A stretch of 64,000 nt of DNA from a bacterium (GCA_031362565.1 JANLSU010000101.1:22493-86492), one strand, 5' to 3'; numbered from the stretch's first letter, positions 37,615-49,609 are shown. Numbers and translations: made by a program. Notes: generated by a model not told the origin, from the letters alone.

Positions 37615-38709
37615 ATGGCGCGCTCCGTGTGCTTCGTCGGGCACCTCATGCTGCCTTTGCTCACGGGCGGCGACGAACCGGTCGTCGGTGGCGCCGAAGT
37701 TCAGTCGTTCCATCTCGCCGCCGAACTGCAGCGCCGCGGCTGGCAGACCTCCTTCCTCGTGTGTTCGCTCGATGGAACCGCGGCCGACACGATTCGACCG
37801 ACACCCTTCGGGCCGGCGCAGGTCCTGTACCCACGTCATGTTGCCAAGCCGCTCGCCGTCAAGGTGCAGGAAAAGCGCGCCCTGTTCGCCGCCGTCAGGG
37901 CCAGTGGTGCGAACCTCGTGTTTCAACGCGCCGTGTGGGATGCCGACGTCGCGGCGATCGCGGCGCGCCGGAACGGCATTCCGTACGTCTACTCGCTGGC
38001 CAGTGATCGCGACGCCGTGCGCTTGCCGTTTCTGAGCCGCCGGCGCAACGTGTTGCGCTGGGCAACCGCGGTGGCGTCGCAGTCGGACCTGCAGCGCGAC
38101 TGGGTGCGGCGCTATGGACGCGAGTCGACGGTCATTCCGAGCGGTTTCCCGGTTCCCGCCTGGCGCGAATCGGCACGTGACACGGTGCTCTGGGTCGGCA
38201 CACTGCGGACGCTCAAACGTCCCGATCTCTTCCTCGACCTGGCGGCCGAACACCCGGACTGGCCCTTCGTCCTGTGCGGCGGACCGGGCGAAGACCCGCG
38301 GCTCGCCGATCACATCGCGACGCGCGCCCGGCGCCTGTCGAACGTGCACGTGGCGGGATTCGTGCCCTACGCCCGGATGCCGGAGTTCTTCGCGCGCGCC
38401 CGCGTCATCGTCAACACGTCGGAATACGAAGGATTCCCCAACACGTTCGTGCTCGCATGGCTGTACGGTGCGGTGGTGTTGTCCTTGGGAGTGGACCCGG
38501 ATGGCTGGCTGACACGCGGCGGGCTCGGTGCCGTGGCGCGCGACGCGCCGGAGTTGTCGGCGCTCCTCGGCCGTGCCCTGACCGACGACGGCTGGACGCA
38601 AGCCACCATGCAGCGCGCCCGCCAACACGCCGAGCAGGTCCACGACATCCGGCCTGTGGCAACGGCGTTCGAGGCGCTTTTCGAGACCGCCCTGCAAAAT
38701 CGCGGCTGA
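37615..38709 (+). CDS. Glycosyltransferase family 4
   Basis: GGAEVQ, WVGTLRTLKRP, EGFPNTFVLAW. Confidence 0.9.
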   Translation: MARSVCFVGHLMLPLLTGGDEPVVGGAEVQSFHLAAELQRRGWQTSFLVCSLDGTAADTIRPTPFGPAQVLYPRHVAKPLAVKVQEKRALFAAVRASGANLVFQRAVWDADVAAIAARRNGIPYVYSLASDRDAVRLPFLSRRRNVLRWATAVASQSDLQRDWVRRYGRESTVIPSGFPVPAWRESARDTVLWVGTLRTLKRPDLFLDLAAEHPDWPFVLCGGPGEDPRLADHIATRARRLSNVHVAGFVPYARMPEFFARARVIVNTSEYEGFPNTFVLAWLYGAVVLSLGVDPDGWLTRGGLGAVARDAPELSALLGRALTDDGWTQATMQRARQHAEQVHDIRPVATAFEALFETALQNRG

Positions 38710-38778
38710 CTTCGCTTGCTGCGGCCGGGAGCCCCCTCGTATGCTCCGCCCAGGCGGACGGACGCAGGAGGTGGCGGC

Positions 38779-40116
38779 GTGGGCGGCAAAATCGAAGTTC
38801 CAGTCGGGCAGGGTCGTCAGAACGACGGCGCAGATGCACTGCACCAGTCGCGGCTCGCCAACGGCCTCGACGTCATTCTCCTCGAGAATCCCGTCGTGCC
38901 ACTCGTCACCGTCGAAATCAACGTCCATAACGGTGCCTATACCGAAACCGACGCGTACGACGGTTTGTCGCACCTCTACGAGCACATGTTCTTCAAGGCC
39001 AACGAGCGCTTGCCCGATCAGGAACGTTACCTGCGGCGGACCCGCGAACTCGGCATGGAGTGGAACGGCACGACGAGCGAAGAGCGGGTCAATTACTACT
39101 TCACACTGCACGCCGATCGTTTGGAAGAGGGCCTGCGTTTCATGAGCGACGCGATTCGAACGCCGCTCTTCTTGACGGACGAGTTGGCGCGCGAAACCGA
39201 GGTTGTGATCGGTGAATACGATCGCGCCGAATCGGATCCCGGCTTTCATTTGCACGTCGCGGTGAGCCGGGCGCTCTGGCACACGCACTATGTGCGCAAG
39301 AACGTCATCGGCACCCGCGAAGTCATCTTGAGCACCACACCGGCGAAAATGAGCCGCATTCAACAACGGTTCTACGTGCCGAACAACAGTGCACTGCTTA
39401 TTGCCGGTGCGGTCGACCGCGACCAGGCGCTGCAACTGGCGGCAACGGTCTTCGGCGACTGGCCCGCGGGCCCCGACCCGTTCGCCGCCGATCCGCCGCC
39501 GCATCATCCGCCGTTGACGCATTCGTCGCGCCTCATCGTCGAAAAACCGGTGCACGCCACGACATTGACGCGCGCCTGGCATGGCCCAAGCGTCGAACTC
39601 GACCGCCCTGCGACCTTCGCCGCCGATGTGTTGTCGTTCATCCTCGGCCAGCGCAACTCGCGCTTCTACCGGCGGCTGGTGGATTCCGGCCTGGCTCAGA
39701 GCGCCGCCCTGCACTACCAGACGCTGCGCTACACGGGGCCGATTCAGGCGTATCTGGTCACCTCGGCCGCACGCATGGCGGCGGCCGACGCGGCGCTGCA
39801 AGATGAAATCGCCCATTTGGCGGCCGACGATGGCTTCACCGACGAAGAATTGGCGAATGCGAAGCGGCAGCTCGAGATCGACCTCGTCTACGATGCCGAA
39901 CGGCCGTCGCAGCTCGTGCACACGCTGGGATATTGGTGGGCGGTCGCCGGGCTCGACTACTACACCGAATACGCCACCCAGTTGCGGCGCGTCGAGCGCG
40001 CCGATGTGCAGCGCTTCGTACGCCGTTACTTGCTCGAGAGCCCGAACGTAACGGGAATTCTCGTCGCCCCCGAGGAGCGCGCCCACTTGGGAGCCCTTGG
40101 TACGGAGGTCCCGTGA
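38779..40116 (+). CDS. M16B zinc peptidase, catalytic subunit
   Basis: LANGL, HLYEHMFF (HxxEH), NGTT. AGGAGG RBS before GTG 38779. Confidence 0.92.
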   Translation: MGGKIEVPVGQGRQNDGADALHQSRLANGLDVILLENPVVPLVTVEINVHNGAYTETDAYDGLSHLYEHMFFKANERLPDQERYLRRTRELGMEWNGTTSEERVNYYFTLHADRLEEGLRFMSDAIRTPLFLTDELARETEVVIGEYDRAESDPGFHLHVAVSRALWHTHYVRKNVIGTREVILSTTPAKMSRIQQRFYVPNNSALLIAGAVDRDQALQLAATVFGDWPAGPDPFAADPPPHHPPLTHSSRLIVEKPVHATTLTRAWHGPSVELDRPATFAADVLSFILGQRNSRFYRRLVDSGLAQSAALHYQTLRYTGPIQAYLVTSAARMAAADAALQDEIAHLAADDGFTDEELANAKRQLEIDLVYDAERPSQLVHTLGYWWAVAGLDYYTEYATQLRRVERADVQRFVRRYLLESPNVTGILVAPEERAHLGALGTEVP

Positions 40117-41366
40117 GCGCCCCACGCACCACCGAGGCCCCGGTTCTCGAACTGGAAGCCGCCGGCCTTCGCGTCCTCGTCAAGCACAATCCGGCGCACG
40201 AGGTCGTGGCCGCGCGCCTGTACACGCGCGGCGGCGCGGCCAATCTCACCGCCGAGACCGCCGGTGCCGAGGCCATGTACGCGCGCCTGTCGCGCCGCGG
40301 CACGCGGCGCTATCCCAAGGAAGCGTTGAACGGTCTCGTGTCGCGCCTGGGGATCGATGTTGGAGCCACCGTTGCGCACGACGCGACCGTGTTCACGTTG
40401 CGCTGCCTGCGCCGATTTCTCGACGAGGCGTGGGATGCATTCGCGGATGTGGTGGCGGATCCGCGCCTCGAGCCCGCCGACCTGGAGATCGTGCGCGAGC
40501 AGATGCTGCTCGAGCGGCGCCAAGCACTCGACAGTCCGGACGGCGCACTCGGCGAATTGGCGCGCGAGCGCATCTACGCCAATCACCCTTACGCGGCGAA
40601 TCCACAAGGCACCGAAACGTCGCTCGCGGGACTCGATGCGGGCGTACTCCGGACCCACGCGGCGCGTTGTTTCACGCGTTCGAATGCCTTGATGGTGATC
40701 GTCGGCGATGTGGCGCGGGCCGATGCCGAGCGCCTGGCCGCCCGGTTCGCTTCCCTGCCCGCCGGCACGGGGGCCGCTCCACTGCCGCCGCCGCTGCACT
40801 TCGCCGCCGGCTCGGCGCGGATCGAGGCGCGGGAGCTGCCGACGAACTATGTTCTCGGGGAATTCACCGCACCGGCGCTCCGCGACGCCGATCATGCGGC
40901 GATGCAGCTCGCGTTATCGGTATTGCGCGACCGGTTCTTCGAGGAGGTGCGCACGAAGCGCAACCTGAGCTATGCCCCGAGTGCCAGCCTCGGGCACGAC
41001 GTCTGCAACCTGGGTTCGATCTACGTCACCGCCGTCGATGTTCCGACGACGCTCGGCGTCATGCGGGACGAAATGCGGCGCCTGGCCGACGTACCGATGC
41101 CGCGCAAGGAACTCGCCGACAAGGTGCGGACATTCGTGACGCGTTACTATTTGCAAAACGAAACGAACCAAGCGCAGGCCGGCTTTCTTGCCGCCTACGA
41201 CCTGTGGGGCGGTGGCTGGCGGCGGGCGAGCGAGTTCGTGACGCGGCTCGAAGCCGTCGCGCCGGAAGACGTGACGCGAGTCGCTTCCGAAGCCTTCCGC
41301 AACATTCAGTACGTGGCCTTGGGCGACCCCGCAACAATCCCCGCCGGCGCGCTCGTCGACCCGTAA
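40113..41366 (+). CDS. M16B peptidase non-catalytic partner subunit
   Basis: No HxxEH; has RFFEEVRTKRNLSY (R/Y motif). GTGA coupling to the catalytic subunit. Confidence 0.88.
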   Translation: MSAPRTTEAPVLELEAAGLRVLVKHNPAHEVVAARLYTRGGAANLTAETAGAEAMYARLSRRGTRRYPKEALNGLVSRLGIDVGATVAHDATVFTLRCLRRFLDEAWDAFADVVADPRLEPADLEIVREQMLLERRQALDSPDGALGELARERIYANHPYAANPQGTETSLAGLDAGVLRTHAARCFTRSNALMVIVGDVARADAERLAARFASLPAGTGAAPLPPPLHFAAGSARIEARELPTNYVLGEFTAPALRDADHAAMQLALSVLRDRFFEEVRTKRNLSYAPSASLGHDVCNLGSIYVTAVDVPTTLGVMRDEMRRLADVPMPRKELADKVRTFVTRYYLQNETNQAQAGFLAAYDLWGGGWRRASEFVTRLEAVAPEDVTRVASEAFRNIQYVALGDPATIPAGALVDP

Positions 41367-41414
41367 GGCCGCCGACCGCTCACCCGATGGCACTTCGTAG
41401 ACGCTGCGCGCCGC

Positions 41415-41651
41415 TCAGTTCGCCCGGCGCACTCGCGAGAGATCCATCCCCGCGAGCGTCGCAGGCAGCGCCTCGACCCAAGCCTTCAAGTCGCCCTCGG
41501 GGGCGACGATCTCGAGCTGGTTCGCGTCGGTGACGCGCACGGAACCCGCGGCCCGGCGCATGAGTGGCACCCGCACGGATTCGCGGTGCAGGCCCGCGGC
41601 ATCGGTTACGGCGAGAATGAGGCGCATCTCCGGTGGACCGAGCGCGTTCAC
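41415..41651 (-). CDS. Small hypothetical protein (78 aa)
   Basis: GGAGG RBS upstream of GTG 41651; plausible globular composition. Confidence 0.6.
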   Translation of the reverse strand: MNALGPPEMRLILAVTDAAGLHRESVRVPLMRRAAGSVRVTDANQLEIVAPEGDLKAWVEALPATLAGMDLSRVRRAN

Positions 41652-41769
41652 GAACCCTCCATGACGCAAGCCGCAAGGCGCCGGCTGGGCTTCAAACCGC
41701 GCGGGCGCCCGCGCATCGTAGCACGGGTTTCCATTGGACGGACTCGCAGCGCCGCGATACTCTAGCGAC

Positions 41770-42444
41770 ATGCGCTGGAGCAAACGTATCCGCATCTTCG
41801 GATTGACCGTGGGGATCGTGGTCGCGGCGGCGGCGGCGGTGATGCTGTTCTACATCGGTCCTTCGAACGTTTGGGGCATGCTGCGCTACGATCAACGCCG
41901 GGAAGGCGATCTCAAGGTGGGTCACAAGGCCCCCGATCTCACCCTCACGGCGCTCGACGGCGCGACGCGCACCCAACTCCTCGAACATGCGGGTGAGCGG
42001 CCACTGGTCGTCATCTTCGGGAGCTTCACCTGACCGCCCTTCCGGCGCTCGGTCGAGCGCCTCGGCAAGATGTTCCAAACCTACGGCGATCGAGCCACCT
42101 TTGTGACGGTGTACATCAAGGAAGCGCATGCGACCGACGAATGGCAGATGAAGTCGAACGAGACCGATAATGTCTGCTATGCGCAGCCGCGGACGATGGA
42201 CCAGCGATTGGCGATCGCCAACGACTTCGCCAAGCGCTTCAACTACGCCATCCCGATGCTGGTGGACGGCATGGACAATGCCGCGAATCAGGTCTACGCG
42301 GGTTGGCCCGAACGCATCTACGTCATCGACGAGCAGGGTTCGATCGTCTACAAAGGCGAAAAAGGGCCCTTCGGTTTCCATCCCGAGGAAGTCGAGACCT
42401 GGTTGCGGAAGCGCTTCGCTGCCGCCGGCCCCGCTGTACCCTGA
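41770..42444 (+). CDS. Iodothyronine deiodinase-like thioredoxin-fold selenoprotein (UGA at 42031-42033 read as Sec)
   Basis: Two track ORFs share one frame and join as RPLVVIFGSFT-U-PPF...VYIKEAHATDEW...VDGMDN...YAGWPERIYVI...YKGEKGPFGF. Confidence 0.88.
42044..42061 (+). promoter_or_regulatory. Bacterial SECIS-like hairpin
   Basis: GGCGCTC-GGTC-GAGCGCC, a perfect 7-bp stem. The G-starting loop begins 17 nt after the UGA. Confidence 0.7.
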
Positions 42445-42951
42445 CGCGCTACCAAGCGAGAGCGGGAGCGCGAACCACGTACAACGTCTGCGTGTTACAA
42501 TCCTGGCGCGGACGTGCATCTTGAATCGTGGCCAACGCAATTGGAACGCGTACCGTGTGGAGCACTTAGCCTGTCGACCGGGTGAGCTGTCGTCATGCGA
42601 GAGCGGGCCCCGGCAGAACCGGGACCCGCTGGTTTGCGAAACATTCCCGCCTGAAGAGTCGAGGGCCAGGCCCCGTGCGATCCTGCCATCCCAAGAGGAC
42701 CACATCCGGTCCGTCCGTTCGGCTCTTTCGGGCGGCAGCGCGAGCAACCGTTCGCGCTACGCAACGGTCTAAAGCAACCCGTGGGCCGCGCCGGAATCCC
42801 GCGCACCAAACGCTGATGCGATTGCAGAATAGTGTTTTAACTTGATTGACTCGAACTGCGCCGGAGCCGGCACGGCGCCTGTGGCCGCAGGAAATGCACA
42901 GCGTGTGCAAGGAGTGCGCGTTCGGCGGGTTTCGGGCCGTGCGGGCGCGGT

Positions 42952-45066
42952 TCAGTACGCGTGCAGGGCGCGAATGGCGGCTTCGAGATCGCTCTGTTGC
43001 GGCAGGATCTCGTCCTCGAGGATGGGCGAATAGCCAACCGGCGTATCGAGCGCGCCAACCCGCCGCACCGGCGCATCGAGCCACTCGAAGAGTTCCTCGG
43101 CGGCCCACGCCGCAACCTCGGCGCCGTAGCCAAAAGCCAGATTGTCCTCGTGCGCCACCAGGAGCTTGCTCGTGCGGCGCACCGACTGGGCGACCGCCTC
43201 CTGATCCCACGGCGACAGGCTGCGCAAATCGAGGACTTCGGCCTCGATCCCCGACTCTTCGGCGAGCTTCTCCGCCGCCATGCAAGTGCGGCGCACGACG
43301 GCGCCGTAGGTGACCACCGTCAAGTCGCGACCAGGGCGCGCCACAGCGGCGCGTCCGAGCGGAATGCAATAGTCCGGGCCCGGGTCATCGCTCTTGGCAT
43401 ACGGCTGCCGGTACAAGTGTTTGTGCTCCAGAAACAGCACCGGATCGTCGCAGCGAATCGCGGTGCGCAAGAGGCCCATCGCATCGCGCGCATTCGACGG
43501 CATCACGACCCGTAAGCCGGGACTGTGCGTGAAGAGCACTTCGCCGCATTGGCTGTGGTACACGGCGCCGCCGGTCAAGTAACCACCGATCGGCACGCGA
43601 ATGACCATCGGGCAGGCCCAATGCCCGTTCGAACGCCAACGCATCACCGCCAGCTCGTTGCGGATCTGCATCATCGCCGGCCAGATGTAGTCGAAGAACT
43701 GAATCTCGGGGACCGGTTTCAAACCGCGCGTCGCCATCCCGATGGCGCGGCCAACGATGTTGGCTTCGGCGAGCGGCGAATTGAACACGCGCCGGCCGCC
43801 GAACGACTTCTGCAGCTTGTGCGTCACGCCAAAAACGCCGCCCTTGCCGGCCACGGATTCCAGCGACGACTCGCGCGAACAATCGGCGACATCCTCGCCG
43901 AAGACCAGGATGCGTGGGTCGCGCCCCATCTCCTGATGCAGACAGCGGTTGACGAGCCCGACGATCGAATCGGGGGCGCCACCTGGCGCCGGCTCGGTCG
44001 CGAACGATGCCGCAGTTGGATCGACATCCGGCGAATAGACGAAACGCACCGCATCCGCGGCCTGCGGCTTCGGTGCATCGAGAGCGGTTTGCACGGCGGC
44101 AGCTATTTCGGCGTCGATGCCGGCGTGCAGTTCTTCGATCGCGGCTTCGGTGGTGATGCCGTGCTCGACGAGGAAGTGTGCGAAGCGCGGGATGCAGTCC
44201 TCGGCGCGCTCACGCTCCAACTCGTCCTTCGGACGATATTTCGTCTGATCGTCCGATTGCGAATGTGAGTAGGGCCGCGTGACGCGCGCATGCACGAGTG
44301 CCGGGCCGCGGCGGCGCCGGCAATGCTCGACCGCATCACGGCATCCCGCATAGCTCGCCAGTGGATCGTTGCCGTCCACATCGACCACCAAGAGATCGGG
44401 GTAGGCACGCACGAGGGCCGAGATGTCGCCGCCCGGAGTCTGGGCTTCGACCGGCACCGAAATCGCGTAGCCGTTGTCCTCGATCATGAAGAGGACGGGC
44501 AGAGTGCGCGTCGACGCCGTCGACAGGGCTTCCCAGAACTCGCCTTCGCTCGTCGCGCCTTCGCCGAGCGAAACGTAGACCACTTCGTCGTGTTCGAAGC
44601 GCAGATCGAGGCTGCGCGCCGACTCTTCCTGGGCGAGATAGACTCCGGCCTCGGCACAACCGACGGCCTGTAAACACTGAGTCCCCGTCGGACTGGATTG
44701 CGACACGACGTGCAACTTCCGATGGCCCCAGTGGCTCGGCATTTGCCGCCCGCCGCTCGCCGGATCATCGACCGCACCGACGGCTTGCAGAAGCATCTCG
44801 AGCGGCGTGACTCCGATCGCCAGACACAGGGCGCGGTCCCGGTAGTACGGGTAGAACCAGTCGTAGCCCGGCCGCAGGCACGCGCCGGCCGCCACCAGCA
44901 CCGCTTCATGGCCCGCGCCGCTGATCTGAAAATAGATCTGGTTGCGCCGTTTGAGCTTGAGTTCTTCGTCGTCGAGGCGGCGCGACAGCACCATGGTGCG
45001 ATACATTTGCATCAACTGCGCGCGCTCGAGCCCGAGGCTCTCGAAGATTTGCGTCGAGGTCGCCAT
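42952..45066 (-). CDS. 2-oxoacid (probably branched-chain) dehydrogenase E1, fused alpha and beta
   Basis: [11 protein letters not shown] motif GEGATSEG...NG, HSQSDD, FGEDV, EIQFFDY, HSQ, EHK. Confidence 0.93.
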   Translation of the reverse strand: MATSTQIFESLGLERAQLMQMYRTMVLSRRLDDEELKLKRRNQIYFQISGAGHEAVLVAAGACLRPGYDWFYPYYRDRALCLAIGVTPLEMLLQAVGAVDDPASGGRQMPSHWGHRKLHVVSQSSPTGTQCLQAVGCAEAGVYLAQEESARSLDLRFEHDEVVYVSLGEGATSEGEFWEALSTASTRTLPVLFMIEDNGYAISVPVEAQTPGGDISALVRAYPDLLVVDVDGNDPLASYAGCRDAVEHCRRRRGPALVHARVTRPYSHSQSDDQTKYRPKDELERERAEDCIPRFAHFLVEHGITTEAAIEELHAGIDAEIAAAVQTALDAPKPQAADAVRFVYSPDVDPTAASFATEPAPGGAPDSIVGLVNRCLHQEMGRDPRILVFGEDVADCSRESSLESVAGKGGVFGVTHKLQKSFGGRRVFNSPLAEANIVGRAIGMATRGLKPVPEIQFFDYIWPAMMQIRNELAVMRWRSNGHWACPMVIRVPIGGYLTGGAVYHSQCGEVLFTHSPGLRVVMPSNARDAMGLLRTAIRCDDPVLFLEHKHLYRQPYAKSDDPGPDYCIPLGRAAVARPGRDLTVVTYGAVVRRTCMAAEKLAEESGIEAEVLDLRSLSPWDQEAVAQSVRRTSKLLVAHEDNLAFGYGAEVAAWAAEELFEWLDAPVRRVGALDTPVGYSPILEDEILPQQSDLEAAIRALHAY

Positions 45067-45142
45067 GCACCCTTCCTGGACTGGAAACGGCGCCCAGTAT
45101 ACCACGCACCCGCGGTGCCTGAGGCCGGGGCCCGCCGTGGAC

Positions 45143-45616
45143 TCAGTCGAGAGCGAAACGCCCCTCGGGATCGTCTTCCCAGCGGATCTCGTCCACCGGC
45201 GCGCGCCGGCCTTCGCCGGCGTAGAGCTGGTCCGGACAGTTGATCACGAGGCCCTCGCCCGTACCGATGTTCTTGTAGGCGTGCACCACTCCGGCCGGGA
45301 CGACGACCCGTGACGGCCACTCGGCACCGGTATCGAAAACCATGCGCTGGCCGTGGGTCGGTGACGCGGGGCGGTTGTCCCACATGTACATTCGAAACGT
45401 CGACGGCCCCATGAACACGAAGACATCGGCTTGATCGCGATGCTCGTGCGGCCCGCGCGCGACGCCCGGGTGGGTCTGCGACACGTAGGACATGACCGGG
45501 CGTACCGAGAGTTCGTCGTTGCGATAGATCTCGGTCAACCAGCCGCGCGGATCGTTGAAGTAACGCAGCGGCGTCACTTCGACCCCGGCGATGGTGATCT
45601 CGGGTGGGCTCGTCAT
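45143..45616 (-). CDS. dTDP-4-dehydrorhamnose 3,5-epimerase family cupin (RmlC-like)
   Basis: [39 protein letters not shown]. Confidence 0.85.
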   Translation of the reverse strand: MTSPPEITIAGVEVTPLRYFNDPRGWLTEIYRNDELSVRPVMSYVSQTHPGVARGPHEHRDQADVFVFMGPSTFRMYMWDNRPASPTHGQRMVFDTGAEWPSRVVVPAGVVHAYKNIGTGEGLVINCPDQLYAGEGRRAPVDEIRWEDDPEGRFALD

Positions 45617-45689
45617 GGCAAGCTCCTTCCTGCTGTGGCGGAGTGCACAAACGACAAGGACCGCCGGAAGCGGTCCTCGAAGTGTGTTG

Positions 45690-45776
45690 TGGTGCCGGAA
45701 GCGGGATTCGAACCCGCACGGGGTTTCCCCCACTACCCCCTCAAGATAGCGTGTCTGCCAATTCCACCATCCCGGC
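45690..45776 (-). tRNA. tRNA-Leu(GAG)
   Basis: GCCGGGATGGTGGAATTGGCAGACACG-CTATC-TTGAGGG-GGTAG, long variable arm, GGTTCGAATCC, encoded CCA end; lies downstream of secG. Confidence 0.97.
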
Positions 45777-45781
45777 ACCGA

Positions 45782-46207
45782 TCACTTGCTCGTACCCGGC
45801 GCCGGCGTCGCAGGCGCGGGCGTCGCGGGTGCTGGAACCGGAGCGCCGGTCGGCGCAGGCACGATCGGTGCCGAACTGTCCGACGCGCCTGGACTGAAAC
45901 TGCTCGTCGACGGCGGCAACTGCGCCTGCGCCGATCGAGCGCGCGCCCGTTGCTGCAGCAACCCGTTGCCGGACCCGAGATTGCGGCTCGAGAGCACGGC
46001 CAGCAGGACCGACATCGACATGAAGGCGACGGCCAGCCACGAAGTGGCTTTCGCCAAGAACGTCACGGCGCCGCGGCCGCCGAAAAAGGTTTGCGCCGTC
46101 CCGGAGCCAAAGCCGGCCAGACCGCCGCCGCGCCCGGCCTGCAACAGCACGACCAAAATAAGCGCCAGGGACACCAGGACGTGAATCGTGATGAAGAATG
46201 CAAACAC
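45782..46207 (-). CDS. secG: Preprotein translocase subunit SecG
   Basis: LILVVLLQAGRGGGLAGFG...FGGRGA..FL.KAT; tpiA-secG-tRNA-Leu synteny. Confidence 0.95.
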   Translation of the reverse strand: MFAFFITIHVLVSLALILVVLLQAGRGGGLAGFGSGTAQTFFGGRGAVTFLAKATSWLAVAFMSMSVLLAVLSSRNLGSGNGLLQQRARARSAQAQLPPSTSSFSPGASDSSAPIVPAPTGAPVPAPATPAPATPAPGTSK

Positions 46208-46365
46208 CGCAAGACTCCATGGGAAAAAGCGCGGCCGCCCGAAAGGCGCCTGTAGAGAACGCCGGACCCTATCACCAAGCCGAAAGGACCGTCAAGGAGG
46301 ACCCCCGCCAGGCAACGCCCGGTGCCAGGAAGGGGCTTCGGCGCCTTTGGTGCCTCGCGGTGCGA

Positions 46366-47124
46366 TCAGCCGGCCGCTTCGATGATGCGGATCATGGACG
46401 CGGCTTCCAAGCTCGCGCCCCCCACCAAGGCTCCGTCGACATCGGGCTGGGCCAGCAGTGCCGCCGCGTTGTCGGCTTTGACGCTGCCACCGTATTGCAC
46501 CCGCACGGCTTCCGCCGTCGCCTCGGAGGCTAAGCTCGCGACGACGCGGCGCACGAGAGCGTGAACCTCCTGTGCTTGCTCGGGGGTCGCATTGCGTCCG
46601 GTGCCGATCGCCCAGACCGGCTCGTACGCGATCGCCAGGTGTGCCCAGTCGCCGGCACCGAGAGCCCCAAGACTGCCGCGCAACTGCGTCTCCACGACCC
46701 GGGCAGTGTCGTTGGCGTCGCGCTGCGCGAGTGTTTCGCCGACGCAGGCCATGACGTGCAATCCGGCATCGAGCGCGGCGCGCACCCGCTTGGCGACCGT
46801 CGCATCGGTTTCGCCGCAGTGTTGGCGCCGCTCCGAATGCCCGATGATGACCCAGTCGCAGCCGGCGTCGCGCAACATGTCCGCCGAGACTTCACCGGTC
46901 CAAGCGCCGCTTTTTTCCCAAAACACATTCTGTGCGCCGAGTGCGATCGGGGTATCGCGCACGATCTCGGCGACGGCAAACAGGCTTGGAAACGGCGGGC
47001 ACAGCACGACTTCGGTCGCGGTGCGGCGCCCCATCAGGCCGTTGCGGATTTCGAGCGCCAGGCGCCGCGCTTCCGACGGCCCTTTGTGCATCTTCCAATT
47101 GCCCGCGATGAGCGGCCGGCGCAT
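46366..47124 (-). CDS. tpiA: Triosephosphate isomerase
   Basis: AGNWKM, GHSERR, AYEPVWAIGTG, YGGSV, LVGGASL. Confidence 0.98.
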   Translation of the reverse strand: MRRPLIAGNWKMHKGPSEARRLALEIRNGLMGRRTATEVVLCPPFPSLFAVAEIVRDTPIALGAQNVFWEKSGAWTGEVSADMLRDAGCDWVIIGHSERRQHCGETDATVAKRVRAALDAGLHVMACVGETLAQRDANDTARVVETQLRGSLGALGAGDWAHLAIAYEPVWAIGTGRNATPEQAQEVHALVRRVVASLASEATAEAVRVQYGGSVKADNAAALLAQPDVDGALVGGASLEAASMIRIIEAAG

Positions 47125-47138
47125 GTCGCCTCCTGCAC

Positions 47139-48335
47139 CTATTTCGAAGTCAGTGCCGCGACACCGGGGAGCGTCCGGCCTTCCAAGAACTCGAGCGAAG
47201 CGCCACCGCCGGTCGACACATGCGACACCTTGTCGGCCAAACCCAGTTGTTCCATCGCTGCAGCCGAGTCCCCGCCGCCCACGACCGTCACCGCGCCGCG
47301 CTCCGTGGCTTTGACCAGAGCCCGCGCCATGGCTTCGGTGCCGCGATGGAACGGCGCCATTTCGAACACGCCCATGGGTCCATTCCACAGCACCGTCTTG
47401 GCGGTGGCAATGCGCGCCGTGTAATCGGCGATGGTCTTCGAACCGATGTCGACACCCATCCAGGCTTCGGGGATGTCGGTGATCAAGACTTCCTTGTGCG
47501 GCGCATTCGCCTCGATTGCCGCCGCGACGATGGTGTCTTGCGGCAAGACGAGCGCGAAACCACGCGCTTTGGCCTCGCGCACCAGGCGCGCCGCAACCTC
47601 GACGCGCTCCGGGTCCACCAGGCTCTCGCCGACTTCAAAACCGAGGGCGCGGAAAAAGGTGTACGTCATGCCGCCACCGACCAACAGCGCGTCCACCTTG
47701 CTGAACAACCGTTCCATGACGTCGATCTTGCCGGCGATCTTGGCGCCGCCCATGATCGCTACGAACGGCCGCTCGGGATGGTCGAGCGCGTCGCCCAGAT
47801 ATTGCAGTTCCTTCTCCATCAGCAGCCCGGCGGCGCACTGCGATATGAAATGCGTTACCGCTTCGGTGGAAGCGTGCGCCCGGTGGGCGGAGCCGAACGC
47901 GTCGTTGACGTACACCGTGGCGTAGCTCGCGAGTTGGCGGGCGAATTCCGGGTCGTTCGCTTCTTCTTCGGGGTGAAACCGCAGGTTTTCGAGCAGCAGG
48001 ACTTCGCCCGGCTTCAGACCGTCGACGATGAGGCGGGTTTTTTCGCCGACGCAGTCCGGCGCGAATTTGATCGGTGCATCGATGTACGCGGTGAGGCGAT
48101 CGGCCACCGGGCGCAGGCCGTACTTGGCATCCGGCTTGCCCTTCGGCCGCCCCAAATGGCTCATCAGGATGGGCGTGCCGCCTTGGGCGAGAATCCGCTT
48201 GATCGTCGGCAGGCTGGCGCGAATGCGCCGGTCGTCGACGATGTTCTGCAGATCGTCCATCGGCACGTTGAAGTCGACCCGAACCAGGACTCTCTTGCCG
48301 GCCAGATCCAAATCCGCGAGACCAAGCTTCGCCAC
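47139..48335 (-). CDS. pgk: Phosphoglycerate kinase
   Basis: RVDFNVP, SHLGRP, LLENLRF, WNGPMGVFE, STGGGASLE. Confidence 0.98.
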   Translation of the reverse strand: MAKLGLADLDLAGKRVLVRVDFNVPMDDLQNIVDDRRIRASLPTIKRILAQGGTPILMSHLGRPKGKPDAKYGLRPVADRLTAYIDAPIKFAPDCVGEKTRLIVDGLKPGEVLLLENLRFHPEEEANDPEFARQLASYATVYVNDAFGSAHRAHASTEAVTHFISQCAAGLLMEKELQYLGDALDHPERPFVAIMGGAKIAGKIDVMERLFSKVDALLVGGGMTYTFFRALGFEVGESLVDPERVEVAARLVREAKARGFALVLPQDTIVAAAIEANAPHKEVLITDIPEAWMGVDIGSKTIADYTARIATAKTVLWNGPMGVFEMAPFHRGTEAMARALVKATERGAVTVVGGGDSAAAMEQLGLADKVSHVSTGGGASLEFLEGRTLPGVAALTSK

Positions 48336-48415
48336 GTTCGCTGCCTCCCCAAACCGCGTCTTCGACGCGTCCCCGGTTCACCCCTTGGCGGCGAGGCTCG
48401 CGCCGCGCCGACTTT

Positions 48416-49609
<1,194 letters not shown>

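Noticed and set aside
36904..40125. 1073-aa minus-strand ORF and many other long shadow ORFs (e.g. 13161-15215, 25931-27493, 31826-33688, 57201-58958)
   Set aside because: They are antisense or off-frame to well-supported genes, Arg/Ala/Pro-rich and without motifs, as expected in high-GC DNA.
41734..42444. Two separate small genes or a nonsense pseudogene
   Set aside because: The stop falls exactly at the deiodinase Sec position and is followed by a SECIS-like hairpin, so recoding explains it better.
42952..45066. E1 alpha-beta fusion as a novelty
   Set aside because: Fused E1 genes without adjacent E2/E3 are common in several bacterial phyla.
45690..45776. tRNA-Leu as integration site of an island
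   Set aside because: No integrase in the window and no duplicated tRNA 3' end noticed.
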